Source: an uncultured delta proteobacterium | Lineage (GTDB): Bacteria > Myxococcota_A > Polyangia > Polyangiales > Polyangiaceae | NCBI GenBank assembly: GCA_963850305.1 | Contig: CAWKKR010000001.1 | Location: forward strand, 864,001-928,000 | DNA: 64,000 bases | Direction: 5' to 3' | Part shown: one piece after another, positions 51,121 to 61,550 of the stretch | Numbering within the stretch: position 1 is the stretch's first letter | Layout of the letters: every line of letters begins with the position of its first letter | Notes under the pieces: model-generated | The model's input: the letters and a program-made list of their open reading frames with translations, nothing else | Databases searched by the model: none | What the model was told of the DNA's origin: nothing | Translations under genes and position numbers: made by a program

Positions 51121-51829
51121 GTCCGACCGCCGCAGCGACGTCGTCTCGATAGGCGCTCCACGCAGCGAGCGCGCTCTCCATCACTTCGAGCACGCCTGGT
51201 CGCGCCTCGTCGGAGACGTGGTCCAGCAGAATACGCCATGCCGCTTGCCGATGATGCCCCTCGACACTCCTGTGAGCCTTCGTCAGGGCGAGCGACTCGA
51301 GCGGCAACCCATAGTGGACGACGAGCGGATGCCGTTCGAGCGGCGCGACCGGGCGCTTCGCGGCGTGCACGTCGACCTCCCCGCGCTCGTACTCCGTGCC
51401 TTCGACGAAGATCGTCGTGACGGCGGCCGCCGCTTCCCAGCCATGCCGCTCCGTCGACTCATCCAGCACCGCGCGATACGCCCTCGCCCCGGGCAGCAAC
51501 TCGACGCGGTCGAATCGCGACAGATCCATACCGAGTCCGCGCGGGTACTCGAGGAACAGCTCCGGATGCGGCCGCTTCGCGACGAGCCCGCCCGTCTCTT
51601 CCTCGTACAGATTCTCGGCGAGCTCGCGTCGCACCGCGGGGATGGGACAGGCCACGTAGGCCCGTCCGACCATGACCGGAAAGTCCCGCACGTAGGTCGC
51701 GTACTCTTGCTCGAAGTGAACGTTGAGTTTTGCCCTGGGAACCGTACCGTCGCCGAAGGAACGCCACGCCCAGTGCGTTTTTCGTTCCATGACTCGGAGC
51801 AGCCGCTCCTGAAAATCGTCGCGCGTCAT
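51107..51829 (-). CDS. Heme-oxygenase-like diiron enzyme (CADD/PqqC/TenA superfamily)
   Basis: ENLYEEE.G.....HPELF, a central E, and H...E.HH ligand set. Confidence 0.8.
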   Translation of the reverse strand: MTRDDFQERLLRVMERKTHWAWRSFGDGTVPRAKLNVHFEQEYATYVRDFPVMVGRAYVACPIPAVRRELAENLYEEETGGLVAKRPHPELFLEYPRGLGMDLSRFDRVELLPGARAYRAVLDESTERHGWEAAAAVTTIFVEGTEYERGEVDVHAAKRPVAPLERHPLVVHYGLPLESLALTKAHRSVEGHHRQAAWRILLDHVSDEARPGVLEVMESALAAWSAYRDDVAAAVGLTRG

Positions 51830-51892
51830 GCGTGCTCGATTGGACCACGCGCAACGCTTTTCGGACAATTCCCGGGAGGGACCGCGGCTCGC

Positions 51893-53027
51893 TCAGCCCG
51901 CCTTGGCGGCCCGGAATCCGCTCTGCCTCGGGGTCACCTCGGATTTCGGCAGCAGCTCCAGGTGAACCCGGTCGCCCCCCGCTTGCTTTGCCCGATAGGC
52001 ACCCTCATCCGCCGCGGAAAGCAACATCGTCAGACTGTCTTCGGGCTGCGCGATCGCGAGCCCGAGGCTGGCGGTCACCGGGCGTCGCGGATCGGCCTCC
52101 GTGCCGACCTGATGGACCGTCCGCACGAGACGCTCCGCGACGACCAGCGCCTGCTCGGTATCCGTATCCGGAAGCAGCGCCACGAACTCGTCCCCGCCAA
52201 AGCGGCCGACCACGTCGATGGCGCGCGTACACTCCTGAATCGCAACGGCGATGCGACGCAAGAGCTCATCTCCGGCTAGGTGACCCTGTTCGTCATTGAC
52301 GTGCTTGAAGCGGTCGAGATCCATCATGAGGATGGCCATCGGGTGACCGCGGTGCATGCGGAGCAACTCTTCTTCCGCGCGCCGGACGAAGTAGCGGCGG
52401 TTGTAGAGCTGCGTCAGCGGATCTCTCTGACTCAGATGCTCGAGTTGCGCGTTCGCGTCCCGGAACTGTTGCTCACGGAACCGGAGCGCGCGCGCGATCC
52501 GAATCGGAGACCCACGTCGAGACCGAGACGAGCGTCGCGACGACGACAGCGGCGCGCAAGGCGCTGGCGACCGAGGGAACGAAGCTCGTGAACTCGGGCA
52601 CGTCCGGCGCGTAAGGCAACCAGCGAAGCGCCTCGGCGCAGGAAACCGCGGTGTACGCGACGACCCCGAGAGCCCCGAGCACGCGCGCGGCCCAGGGCGC
52701 CACGACGAGCGCGTTGAACATCGCGGCGAGGACGTACGACGCGACGAGTGGCGTCGACTGCGTGCCGAGCCGATGCACGAGGAAGGTGATGAACGCGACG
52801 TCCATGCTGCCGCCCAAGAGCACCCGCGCGACGCCGCCGAATCGCCTCTGGATCGCGATCTGGAAACCGACGGCGCACGCGGCGTAAGCAACCAGCACCC
52901 ACTCGAACCGGAGCAGTGGGGGCGCAAACAGGGGGAGCGCGACGGCGGAGAAGAGCCCGAGAGCGACGCGTACTGACGATGCGCGCAGGCTGTCTTCCTG
53001 ATTTTCCGCGAACCCGATGGTAACCAT
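51893..53027 (-). pseudogene. Membrane-bound GGDEF diguanylate cyclase with an apparent 1-nt insertion at 52502-52503
   Basis: TM region ...STWVSD joins RIARALR...DPLTQLYNRR...DLDRFK.VND..GH..GD...RFGGDEF if one base is removed; start 53027 or 53090. Confidence 0.85.
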
Positions 53028-53110
53028 GGAGTCCCGCGGCGCCGTCTTCGAACCCGGCAGGCCGCTCCGTGTTCGTTTCAATAGCAGCATGTACCGCTTC
53101 TGGCCCAGCG

Positions 53111-53127
53111 CGCAATTCCCCTGCCTG
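53111..53127 (-). promoter_or_regulatory. Possible sigma-54 -24/-12 promoter for the GGDEF gene
   Basis: Minus strand reads AGGCAGGGGAATTGC (GG-N10-GC with GGCA and TTGC). Confidence 0.33.
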
Positions 53128-53556
53128 GCGGTTTTTTTGCCACAGGCATGTATGGAAACCAGCGCCAGCGACTCACCTTCCCCGTCACCACCATACGGGA
53201 CAAGCTATCAACTCTTTCGCGTCACCCGTTCGACGCCAGGGAGAAACGAGCGCGGTACTGACGATACCGTGATCACGGGCACTGGCCGACCGGGTCACGC
53301 CTCGCCGACAGGAATCGCGCGCTCGAGTGATCGAGACTCGGGGCGACGCACGGGCACGCACGGGGCGAAGCAATCTCGACGCGCATAAAGTGACCACCTC
53401 GGTAGTCACTTTCACGCCCAAGGCACGCCCGCAGGATGCGCCGGAGTTCCGCTTCCGGCTACGACCCGGGACGCGAGGTCAGCACACGAGCCCGAGCCCT
53501 GCGGACGGCGAACCTCTTGCGACAGCGCCGCGCGCGTGTCACCTTCCCGCGCTGCC

Positions 53557-53630
53557 GCCCCCGTAGCTCAGTTGGATAGAGCAGGGCTTTCCTAAAGCCA
53601 AGGTCGCAAGTTCGACTCTTGCCGGGGGCG
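53557..53630 (+). tRNA. tRNA-Arg(CCT)
   Basis: GCCCCCG acceptor/CGGGGGC, TAGCTCAGTTGGATAGAGCA D-arm, TTCCTAA anticodon loop, GTTCGACTC T-loop; CCA not encoded. Confidence 0.96.
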
Positions 53631-53642
53631 CCCGGAGAAATG

Positions 53643-53676
53643 GCGAGCGGCCAGTGAGTCCACTCGTCGCGCTCGC
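53643..53676 (+). terminator. GC-rich hairpin just downstream of tRNA-Arg
   Basis: GCGAGCG ... CGCTCGC inverted repeat; no U-tract. Confidence 0.3.
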
Positions 53677-53727
53677 AATGACGTACCCGCGGTGGCCCGG
53701 CCTCGACGCCAATGGTACCGCTTCGTC

Positions 53728-54063
53728 ATGACTGCACGTCTTCTCATGATGTCGGGCTTCGGACTCGTCGCGTGTGCCTGCGCGCTCTCGGGTTGTTATG
53801 CCGAAGCGGACGGTACCATCCCGCCGCCGGAGTACGCCTATGGCTATGCGCCGGTGTACGATAACGGTTACGTCGTCTACTACGACGATGTGGGTCGGCC
53901 CTTCTATTATGGGGACCACGGTGCCGTCTGGGTGTTCCCGAACGATCCGCTGTACCCGGGGCTCGTCGCGCACTGGCACACGTTCGGACCCGCGTATCAC
54001 CGCTGGTACGCACACGGCGGCGACCGCTTCAGGGCGTATCACTTTCACGGTCACCGGCGCTGA
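53728..54063 (+). CDS. Small Tyr/His-rich lipoprotein
   Basis: Lipobox LSG-C; Y.P.Y..GY.VYYDD.G.P.YY. Confidence 0.68.
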   Translation: MTARLLMMSGFGLVACACALSGCYAEADGTIPPPEYAYGYAPVYDNGYVVYYDDVGRPFYYGDHGAVWVFPNDPLYPGLVAHWHTFGPAYHRWYAHGGDRFRAYHFHGHRR

Positions 54064-54095
54064 CATACTCAGCCGGGTCTGCCCGCAGCGCCCAC

Positions 54096-55862
54096 CTAAA
54101 ACCAGAGCATCATCACGACAGCCACCGTGACGGCGCCGACCAGGATTTGCATGGGTACGCCAAACCGGAGAAAGTCCGTGAAGCGGTAGTGCCCTGGCCC
54201 GTACACCATGAGATTGGTCTGATAGCCGATGGGCGTCGAAAAACTCGCGGAGGCCGCCATCATAAGGACGAGGAGCAGCGGCTTCGCCGGGAGCGACGCG
54301 ACCCGGGCCGTTTCCAGGCAGAGCGGGAACATCAGTGCTGCGGCCGAGTTGTTCGTGATGAGCTCGGTGAGCAACGCCGTGGAGAGGTAGACGCCCGCGA
54401 CGATTGCCGCCGTCCCGAAGTGACCGGCGAAACCGACGAGCCCCATCGCGAACGTGGAAGCGACGCCGGTCTTGTCGAGCGCGGTGCCCAGGGCGAACGA
54501 CCCGGCGATCGTGAGGAGTACCCTCGGTTCGATGGCCTCAAGGGCGTCGGCCGCGGTCAGACAGCCGAACAGCAAGACCAGGAACGCCGCGAGGAAGCTC
54601 GCCGTCACGATGGGCATGAAGCCGAGCGCGTTCACCAGGATCATGCCGACGGCCACCGCCGACGCGATCCAGGCACGGTCATAGCGGGGAGCGGCGCTGT
54701 GCGCGACCTCGCGAAAAAGCGCGAAGTCCTTGTCATGCCTGTTGCGGATCGAGAAGGACGGGTGCGCCTCGACGAGCAGCACGTCACCGGGTCTGAGGAC
54801 GATGTCGCCCACCTTGGAACGGAGGCGCTCCCCGCCGCGGTGCACCGCGATCACCGCGGCATCGTACTTGGTGCGAAAGCGTATTTCGCGGATCGTCATG
54901 CCAGAGAACGTGGAGCGCGCGGAAACGACGGCCTCGACGAGCTGTCGATCCGGGCGCGGCGCCAGCAGCTTGTCGAGCTGGTCCGTCGCGGGAACGAGGC
55001 CGCGGATCCGGAGCAAATCGACGACGCTCTCGATCACGCCCGCGAACAGGAGCTGATCGCCTTCGAGGAGCCGGGTCTTCGGATCCACGGCGGGCAGGAC
55101 CTCGTCGTTGCGGTGGATCTCGACCAGGAAGAGGCCGGGCAGATGGCGGAGTCCGGCAGACTCGATGGATTTCCCGACGATGGACGACCCACCCTCGACC
55201 CGGGTAGCCACCATGTACTCGCGGGCGCCCGGACTCCCCTCCTCGACGACTCCCCGAGACGGCAACAGCCAGCGCGAGGCAGCGAACACGTAGAGGAAGC
55301 CGACGACGGTGATCGACAGACCGAGCTTCAGCGGATCGAACAGGGAGAAGGCGATCGGCGGATTCGCGTGCGCCGCGAGGCCGCTCACGACGAGGTTGGT
55401 GCTGGTCCCGATGAGCGTGCAGGCGCCGCTCAACACCGCCGCGTAGGAGAGCGGGATCATCAGCTTGGAAGGCGGCACGCGGATCTGTTTTGCCCAGTCG
55501 GACACGATGGGCACCATGAGCGCGACGAGCGGCGTGTTGTTGACGAACGCCGACACGCCCGCCACCGGAAACATCAACCGCATCTGCGCGGCGAGCACGG
55601 TCTTCGGTCGCCCCAGGAGCGACCGCACCACGGCGTCGAGCGCGCCGGTCTCGCGCAGCGCCGCCGTCACGACGAAGAGCGCCGCCACCGTGAGCATGCC
55701 TTCGTTCGAGAACCCCGAGAGCGCCTCCTCGGGTGTCAGGATCCGAACGCCCATGAGCAGCGTGATGGCCGCGAGCAGCGTGAGGTCCGACGGCCGCCCG
55801 CGCACCATCGCGGCGACCGCGCCTGCGACCACGGCGAGGACCAGCCAGGCTTGGAGGGTCAT
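54096..55862 (-). CDS. SLC13/CitMHS-type permease with two TrkA-C domains
   Basis: SAFVNNT, GACTLIGTSTNL, TELITNN, FSTPIGYQTNLMVYGPG.Y.F.DF. Confidence 0.93.
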   Translation of the reverse strand: MTLQAWLVLAVVAGAVAAMVRGRPSDLTLLAAITLLMGVRILTPEEALSGFSNEGMLTVAALFVVTAALRETGALDAVVRSLLGRPKTVLAAQMRLMFPVAGVSAFVNNTPLVALMVPIVSDWAKQIRVPPSKLMIPLSYAAVLSGACTLIGTSTNLVVSGLAAHANPPIAFSLFDPLKLGLSITVVGFLYVFAASRWLLPSRGVVEEGSPGAREYMVATRVEGGSSIVGKSIESAGLRHLPGLFLVEIHRNDEVLPAVDPKTRLLEGDQLLFAGVIESVVDLLRIRGLVPATDQLDKLLAPRPDRQLVEAVVSARSTFSGMTIREIRFRTKYDAAVIAVHRGGERLRSKVGDIVLRPGDVLLVEAHPSFSIRNRHDKDFALFREVAHSAAPRYDRAWIASAVAVGMILVNALGFMPIVTASFLAAFLVLLFGCLTAADALEAIEPRVLLTIAGSFALGTALDKTGVASTFAMGLVGFAGHFGTAAIVAGVYLSTALLTELITNNSAAALMFPLCLETARVASLPAKPLLLVLMMAASASFSTPIGYQTNLMVYGPGHYRFTDFLRFGVPMQILVGAVTVAVVMMLWF

Positions 55863-56042
55863 GAGGGCCGGACGCTATATTCAGTGCCATCGGGCGGCGA
55901 GCCGAACGACACGTCAATGCGTCCTGAGCTCAGGTTCTTTCGGGACAAACACGGCCCCGGGAGCACTCGAGCGCCTCCCGACGGCTCATCGTGAACCACC
56001 GGGGGCACTGCACCGCTCCCGCTGGGTCGTCTGCTCCCGAAG

Positions 56043-57023
56043 CTACGAACTCTGGCCCATCACCCTGGCGCCGAGCAGAGTGGCCTGGTGGAACAGATCG
56101 CGCGCGAAGCGCACCTTCGGCGAGAGTGCGTTGCGATCGACCGGATGCAGGAAGTCGACCAGGAAGGTGTGCTGGCGCTCGGTCAATCCGTAGACGCCCT
56201 CGACACTCTCGCCCTCGGCCAGACCTTCTTCGTCCGCCATGCGGCGCGTCACTTGCCTGTGGAGGCGCGCGACGGTCACGCCGAGCTCGCGGTGATTGAT
56301 GCCGAGGGCGACGAGGTGCGGATCGAGCATCTCCCCGCCGGCCACGGTCAGGAAAAACAGCTCGAGATTGAACCGCCAGTTGCGCACGCGTTCTAGCGCG
56401 GTGGTCTTGCCGAGGAGCCTCGGCAGGTAGAGGACGCCTAGGGCGACGTGGCGCGACTCGTCGCGCTCGATGTACGTGAGCAGGTCCGTGAGCACGGGTT
56501 CGAGCTCGGCCGCCGCGACGCGCTTGAAGATGGCGAGCGCCATGTTCTCCACCGTGAGCTGCATCCCGTAGAGCTTCTCGATGATGGAGGGAGCGCCGAG
56601 GATCTTCCGCAAGAGGCGCTCGCCGTACGGGTTGATGTGGGGGAGTTCGATGTGCGCGCGACGGAAGTATTCGCGCAGCACCGTGAAGTGACGGGCCTCG
56701 TCGAAGACCTGACCGGTCGCCGCCATCTTCGCGTCGACGTCGGGGAGCTCACGCGCGAGATCCGCAGCGATGTTCCACGCGGCAAGCTCGCCCCAGAGCA
56801 GCACCGAGAACAGGTGACCGAGCGCTTCGCGCCGCTCCTCGGGCACGTGGATTCCGCCGTGCTTCGTCTCGAGCTCATCGAGCACCACACGAGGATCCCA
56901 GGAGTGCTCGCGGGTGTTGTGGTAGAGGCGCTCGATCCGCTCGGTCTTCTCGGTGGCGCGCCCCGCCCAAAGGTCGAGGAGCTCGTACGGGGGAAACGCT
57001 TCTGTCCGGGCGTGGTCGAGCAT
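56043..57023 (-). CDS. Ferritin-like diiron protein
   Basis: GELAAW, DEARH, VENMA and DESRH ligand motifs. Confidence 0.82.
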   Translation of the reverse strand: MLDHARTEAFPPYELLDLWAGRATEKTERIERLYHNTREHSWDPRVVLDELETKHGGIHVPEERREALGHLFSVLLWGELAAWNIAADLARELPDVDAKMAATGQVFDEARHFTVLREYFRRAHIELPHINPYGERLLRKILGAPSIIEKLYGMQLTVENMALAIFKRVAAAELEPVLTDLLTYIERDESRHVALGVLYLPRLLGKTTALERVRNWRFNLELFFLTVAGGEMLDPHLVALGINHRELGVTVARLHRQVTRRMADEEGLAEGESVEGVYGLTERQHTFLVDFLHPVDRNALSPKVRFARDLFHQATLLGARVMGQSS

Positions 57024-57122
57024 GAAGTCTCCGAGGGTGAACTCACAGCCTACACCCTGCCCGTCGTTCGTGGAGAGGGCGCGTCGTTGACGGCCGCACG
57101 GAAAGCGCGGGATATTCATGGA

Positions 57123-59129
57123 ATGCTGGGACTATCACGCGCTCCGCGCTCGGCCGTCGTAGTCGTCGCTGCCCTGGGCTGTGCGAGCTGCACGAGGAAG
57201 TCGGGACTGCACCCACATCCGTCGATGACGGACGCCGGCGCCGAGTCCGGAGCCGACGTCGCAGCGCCACGACTTCCGTCGGACTGCGACCCGCTAGTCC
57301 CGACTTATTGCGGCTTTCCGTTTCCGTCCAACGTCTGGCTCGTCGATGACCCGTCCACGCCGACAGGCAAGCACGTGGCGTTCGGCGCGACGACGCTCCC
57401 GTTCTCGTCCACGGCAAACGTGCAGACCGATCCGACCGTCTGGACGCAGTCCGACGGCTTCTCGCCGGGGGTCGCTCTCCTGACGCACATGCCCGGCGCG
57501 ACCGTCACGGGTTTACCCACGCCGGACACGCTCGACGCCTCGCTCGACCCGGATTGCCCGACGGTCCTCATCGAGGCCGACACAGGCGTCCGCGTGCCGC
57601 ACTTCAGCGAGCTCGACGAGTCGACGACGCAAGACGACCACCGTGCGTTCATCATCCGTCCCGTCACACGCTTGAAGGACGCGACGCGCTACATCGTTGC
57701 CATCCGCAACGTGGTGGACGCGAGCGGGACGCCAATTCCGCCAGTCGCCAGCTTCCAGACGCTCCGTGATGGAACGCCGAGCGACGACCCGTCGGTCGCG
57801 ATGCGGCGCCCGCTCTACGCCGACATCTTCGCGAAGCTCGCCGCCGCTCACGTGCCGAAGGACAACCTCCAGATTGCGTGGGACTTCTCGACGGCAAGCG
57901 ACACGAACAACTCGGGCCACCTCGTGAAGATGCGGGACGAAGCGCTCGCACAGGTGGGAACCGACGGTCCCGCTTACACGATCACAACCGTGACCCCGAA
58001 CCCCGACGCGGACACCGCCGTCGAGATCGACGGCAACATGACCGTCCCGCTCTACCTGACGGGCCCCGACGCGGGCGCGACGATGACGCTCGATTCGAAC
58101 GACATGCCGGAGCAAAACGGCACCGCGACGTACCCGTTCCTCGTGCTGATTCCGAACAGCGCGACGAAGGGCACCCCGGGGTATCCGATGCAGTTCGGGC
58201 ACGGTCTCCTCGGGGATCGAACCCAGGCACGCAGCTTCTCCAGGTTCGCCGATCAGCTCGACTTCGTCGTCGTCGCGACGGATTGGATCGGCCTCGCGTC
58301 GAGCGATCTCCTCAACGTGGGCCAGGTCCTGTCGAACGGCGACGCGAGCCAGTTTCGCACGGTCGCCGACCGTCTCCAGCAGGGCGTGCTGAACGCGCTC
58401 CTCGCGATGAGGATGGTCACCGGCAAGTTCGCGAGCGATCCCGCGGTGCAGTTCAACGGCAAGAGCGCCATCGATCCGTCGAAGCGCTTCTACTTCGGCG
58501 GGAGTGAAGGCGGCATCATGGGAGCCACTTACATGGCGCTCTCGACAGACGTGACCCGCGGCGTGCTCGATAACCTGGGCCAACCTTACAGCCTCCTCTT
58601 GAATCGCAGTGTCGACTTCGCACCGTACCTGAGTCTTCTGCAGAACACCTATCCGAACGCCCTCGACATCCAGCTGGGGATCGGGCTGGACCAGATGTTG
58701 TGGGACAGGTCCGAGCCGAGCGGCTTTTCGACACACATCACGTCGAACCTCTTTCCCGGAACTCCGGCCCACAGCGTCCTGATGCAGGTGAGCATCGGTG
58801 ATCACCAGGTGACGACGCTCGGGGCCCACATCCTCGCGCGGGCCGCGGGTGCGGTGACCCTGACGCCCGCGAACCGCCCCATCTACGACATCTCGGAGGT
58901 CTCGCCGCCATACACGGGCCCCGCGACGCTCGTCGAATACGACTTCGGGCTTCCCCCGGTGCCGCTCACGAATATCCCCATGACGCAGGGCAACGACCCC
59001 CACGGCGAGCTCGCCGACACTCCGGGCGCGATCAGCCAGGCACAACACTTCCTGCAAACGGGTGAAGTGCAGAACTTCTGCGACGGCGGTCCGTGCAACC
59101 TGGAGACGGACGGGTTCACGGGGAATTAA
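57123..59129 (+). CDS. Secreted/lipoprotein alpha/beta-hydrolase (lipase-like) with N-terminal beta domain
   Basis: Lipobox-like LG-C/AS-C; PFPS, DGFSP, HGLLG, G.SEGG nucleophile elbow, late DPH. Confidence 0.8.
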   Translation: MLGLSRAPRSAVVVVAALGCASCTRKSGLHPHPSMTDAGAESGADVAAPRLPSDCDPLVPTYCGFPFPSNVWLVDDPSTPTGKHVAFGATTLPFSSTANVQTDPTVWTQSDGFSPGVALLTHMPGATVTGLPTPDTLDASLDPDCPTVLIEADTGVRVPHFSELDESTTQDDHRAFIIRPVTRLKDATRYIVAIRNVVDASGTPIPPVASFQTLRDGTPSDDPSVAMRRPLYADIFAKLAAAHVPKDNLQIAWDFSTASDTNNSGHLVKMRDEALAQVGTDGPAYTITTVTPNPDADTAVEIDGNMTVPLYLTGPDAGATMTLDSNDMPEQNGTATYPFLVLIPNSATKGTPGYPMQFGHGLLGDRTQARSFSRFADQLDFVVVATDWIGLASSDLLNVGQVLSNGDASQFRTVADRLQQGVLNALLAMRMVTGKFASDPAVQFNGKSAIDPSKRFYFGGSEGGIMGATYMALSTDVTRGVLDNLGQPYSLLLNRSVDFAPYLSLLQNTYPNALDIQLGIGLDQMLWDRSEPSGFSTHITSNLFPGTPAHSVLMQVSIGDHQVTTLGAHILARAAGAVTLTPANRPIYDISEVSPPYTGPATLVEYDFGLPPVPLTNIPMTQGNDPHGELADTPGAISQAQHFLQTGEVQNFCDGGPCNLETDGFTGN

Positions 59130-59647
59130 CGCAGAAGCAGCGAGCTTCTCGGTCTCGACGGTCGCGACCTGAACGCAACCGAGAGGGTCTCCACGCCCTC
59201 GAACATCCCGTCGCGCGTCACGCCCGCGCCCGAGAGCGAGCGCAGATGGGGAGCGAGCCAGGTGACCGCTTCCGGGACATTTCCGAAGATCTTCGACGGG
59301 TGGGGCGGTGGCGCGACCATCAGGAGACCGGTGAGCACGCTCCGATGCATCGCCCCCACCAGGCCGTCCGCGAGAATCACGGTGCAGGAGGCGACCCGAT
59401 GCGGCTCCCAGTGCTTGATGAGCTTCGTCATGCGCGTGCGCTCTTCGGAGGTCATCGGCGTGCTGCTCGGATACACGATGACTAGCTCCACGAGCCGCGT
59501 CCGGTGCCGTTCGAACCACGCGTCCCCCACCCGCTCCATCTCGTTCATGTCCGAAACGGTGACTTGCCCTTCGAACAGGTGAACGGCGAATGGACCTGCA
59601 ACGCTCGTCCACGCGGTGGGCTTCCGGATGAGCGGCTCGAACTGCAT
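59126..59647 (-). CDS. STAS/SEC14 (SpoIIAA-like) domain protein
   Basis: Alpha/beta pattern ending in KIF.NV.EA..WL. Confidence 0.6.
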   Translation of the reverse strand: MQFEPLIRKPTAWTSVAGPFAVHLFEGQVTVSDMNEMERVGDAWFERHRTRLVELVIVYPSSTPMTSEERTRMTKLIKHWEPHRVASCTVILADGLVGAMHRSVLTGLLMVAPPPHPSKIFGNVPEAVTWLAPHLRSLSGAGVTRDGMFEGVETLSVAFRSRPSRPRSSLLLR

Positions 59648-59718
59648 CGAATCTTCAGGATACACGAGGCCGCGTCGCCGCGAACGGCAAGCGGAATGCC
59701 CGGACTTGGCCCGCGGAT

Positions 59719-60960
59719 CTACGTTGCCGCGAGCTCGCGCAGGCGGCGCTGCAGGAAGCGCCGCTCGGCGTCCGTGCCGGCCTTCGCCAGCGCTTCGCCA
59801 TAGGCGCGTGCGGCTTCCTCGTGACGGCCGAGCCGGCGCAGCAGATCCGCGCGGGCCGCGGGCAACAGGTGATAGCCCGCGAGGGCCGGCTCGAGTCGTT
59901 CGATGAGTCGTAACCCGGCGGCGGGCCCTTCGCACATCGCGACGGCGACGGCGTGATTCAGCGCGATGACGGGTGACGGATGAAGCGCATGAAGTCTCGC
60001 ATAGAGCGCCGCGATCTGCGCCCAGTCCGTATCCCCCGCGCCGCTCGCACGGGCGTGAACCGCGGCGATCGCAGCCTGAATTGCGTAGCCATCCGGCGCG
60101 CCCTCCGCGAGCACCCTCGCAACCAGCTCGAGCCCTTCGGCGATCTGCGCGGCGTCCCAGAGTCGACGATCTTGTTCCTCGAGCAGCACGAGATCTCCGG
60201 CCGCGTCCGTTCGAGCCTCGCGTCGCGAATCCTGAAGAAGCATCAACGCCAGCAAGCCACGAGGCCCCCGATAGGACGGCATCAGCTCGCACAGCACGCG
60301 CGCGAGGCGGATCGCTTCGGCAGCGAGCTCGAGCCGGGTCAGCGCGTCGCCGGAAGTCGCGGAGTAACCCTCGTTGAAAACGAGATAGACGACCGCCGTG
60401 ACGGCATCGATCCGCTCCGGGAGGTCGTCTGCATCGGGAACGCGGTACGGAATCCTTGCGGCCCTGATCTTCTGTTTCGCCCGGACGAGCCGCTGCGCCA
60501 TCGTCGCCGGGGGAACCAGGAAGGCTCGCGCGATCTCCTCCGTGGAAAGCCCCCCGAGTGTACGGAGCGTGAGCGCCACCTGCGCGTCGACCGCCAGGGA
60601 CGGATGGCAGCACGTGAAGATGAGGCTCAGACGGTCGTCCATCAGCGCGTCTCGCTCGTCCGGCGGCAGCACGCTCTTGTCTTCCGGCGCGAGATCCGCC
60701 TCGAGCGCCGCACGCTTTCGTGCGGCAATACGCTCATGGCGAGCCACATCGGCCGCTTTGTTCCGCGCCGCGCGGATCAACCACGCGCGCGGATTGTCCG
60801 GTACGCCCGCACGCGGCCACTGGGCGAGCGCAGCCTCGAGCGCCGCGGATAGCGCCTCTTCCGCGGCGTCGAAATCGCCCAGGAGCCGGATGAGCGTCGC
60901 GACGATGCGCCCTCGCTCTTCTTTGAATACGCGTTCGACCGCGACCGAGCCCGCGTCCAT
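59719..60960 (-). CDS. ECF sigma factor with C-terminal TPR-like extension (ECF42-type)
   Basis: GDFDAAEEA, WP..G.P.NP.AWL, DDRL.LIFTCCHP, L.EQDR..WD. Confidence 0.93.
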   Translation of the reverse strand: MDAGSVAVERVFKEERGRIVATLIRLLGDFDAAEEALSAALEAALAQWPRAGVPDNPRAWLIRAARNKAADVARHERIAARKRAALEADLAPEDKSVLPPDERDALMDDRLSLIFTCCHPSLAVDAQVALTLRTLGGLSTEEIARAFLVPPATMAQRLVRAKQKIRAARIPYRVPDADDLPERIDAVTAVVYLVFNEGYSATSGDALTRLELAAEAIRLARVLCELMPSYRGPRGLLALMLLQDSRREARTDAAGDLVLLEEQDRRLWDAAQIAEGLELVARVLAEGAPDGYAIQAAIAAVHARASGAGDTDWAQIAALYARLHALHPSPVIALNHAVAVAMCEGPAAGLRLIERLEPALAGYHLLPAARADLLRRLGRHEEAARAYGEALAKAGTDAERRFLQRRLRELAAT

Positions 60961-61011
60961 GACCGTCCGAGCGGAGCATAGCTCGGACGGCCATCGCTCG
61001 AGCAGGCCGGA

Positions 61012-61380
61012 TCAGGGCCGCGGATAATCCGCCGGCATCACGCGAACGGGGCGCACCTCGATCGAGCCAATCTTTGCTCCCGGAATGCGGGCAGCGAGCT
61101 TGATCGCCTCGTCCAGATCCTTCGCGTCGACGAGGTAGTAACCGCCGAGCTGTTCCTTCGTCTCCGCGAACGGCCCGTCCGTCGTGAGGGTCTTCCCTTC
61201 CCTCACCCGCACCGTGGTCGCGGTCGAAGACGGTTCGAGCGCGTTGCCGCCCTTCATGTGTTTCGACTTGATGATCTCCTGCGTGAACGCGCCGTACTCC
61301 TTGAACATGGCGTTCCGATCGCCTTCGGTGGCGTTACGCATCGCGGCTTCGCTCTGATAAATCGTGAGCAGGTATTCCAT
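61012..61380 (-). CDS. YciI/DGPF-family protein
   Basis: TDGPFAETKEQLGGYY, IEVRP; GGAGGAGAG RBS; usual partner of ECF42. Confidence 0.93.
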   Translation of the reverse strand: MEYLLTIYQSEAAMRNATEGDRNAMFKEYGAFTQEIIKSKHMKGGNALEPSSTATTVRVREGKTLTTDGPFAETKEQLGGYYLVDAKDLDEAIKLAARIPGAKIGSIEVRPVRVMPADYPRP

Positions 61381-61550
61381 GACTCTCTCCTCCATCGGGG
61401 TGACGTTGCGGACTTCGCGTCCACCCCTGAGTCGATCGAAGAAGGGACTGATCGACAACCCTCCTCGATTTTCTCGTTGGGGGTCGGTCGGCGGTCCGCG
61501 CCGGCGAGGGGCCGTCCGGACCGGCGTGAAATCGCGGAATTCCCCGATAA

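Noticed and set aside
53557..53630. tRNA-Arg as an integration site
   Set aside because: No duplicated 3' end, integrase or mobile genes seen in the window.
56448..57122. Long N-terminal extensions in the ORF track (also 1511, 19896, 29479, 44979, 49471 and minus-strand 14318, 47535, 60613)
   Set aside because: They overlap real neighbouring genes; downstream starts give proper signal peptides or domain boundaries.
59719..61380. ECF sigma plus DGPF pair as a novel system
   Set aside because: Matches the known ECF42/DGPF arrangement.
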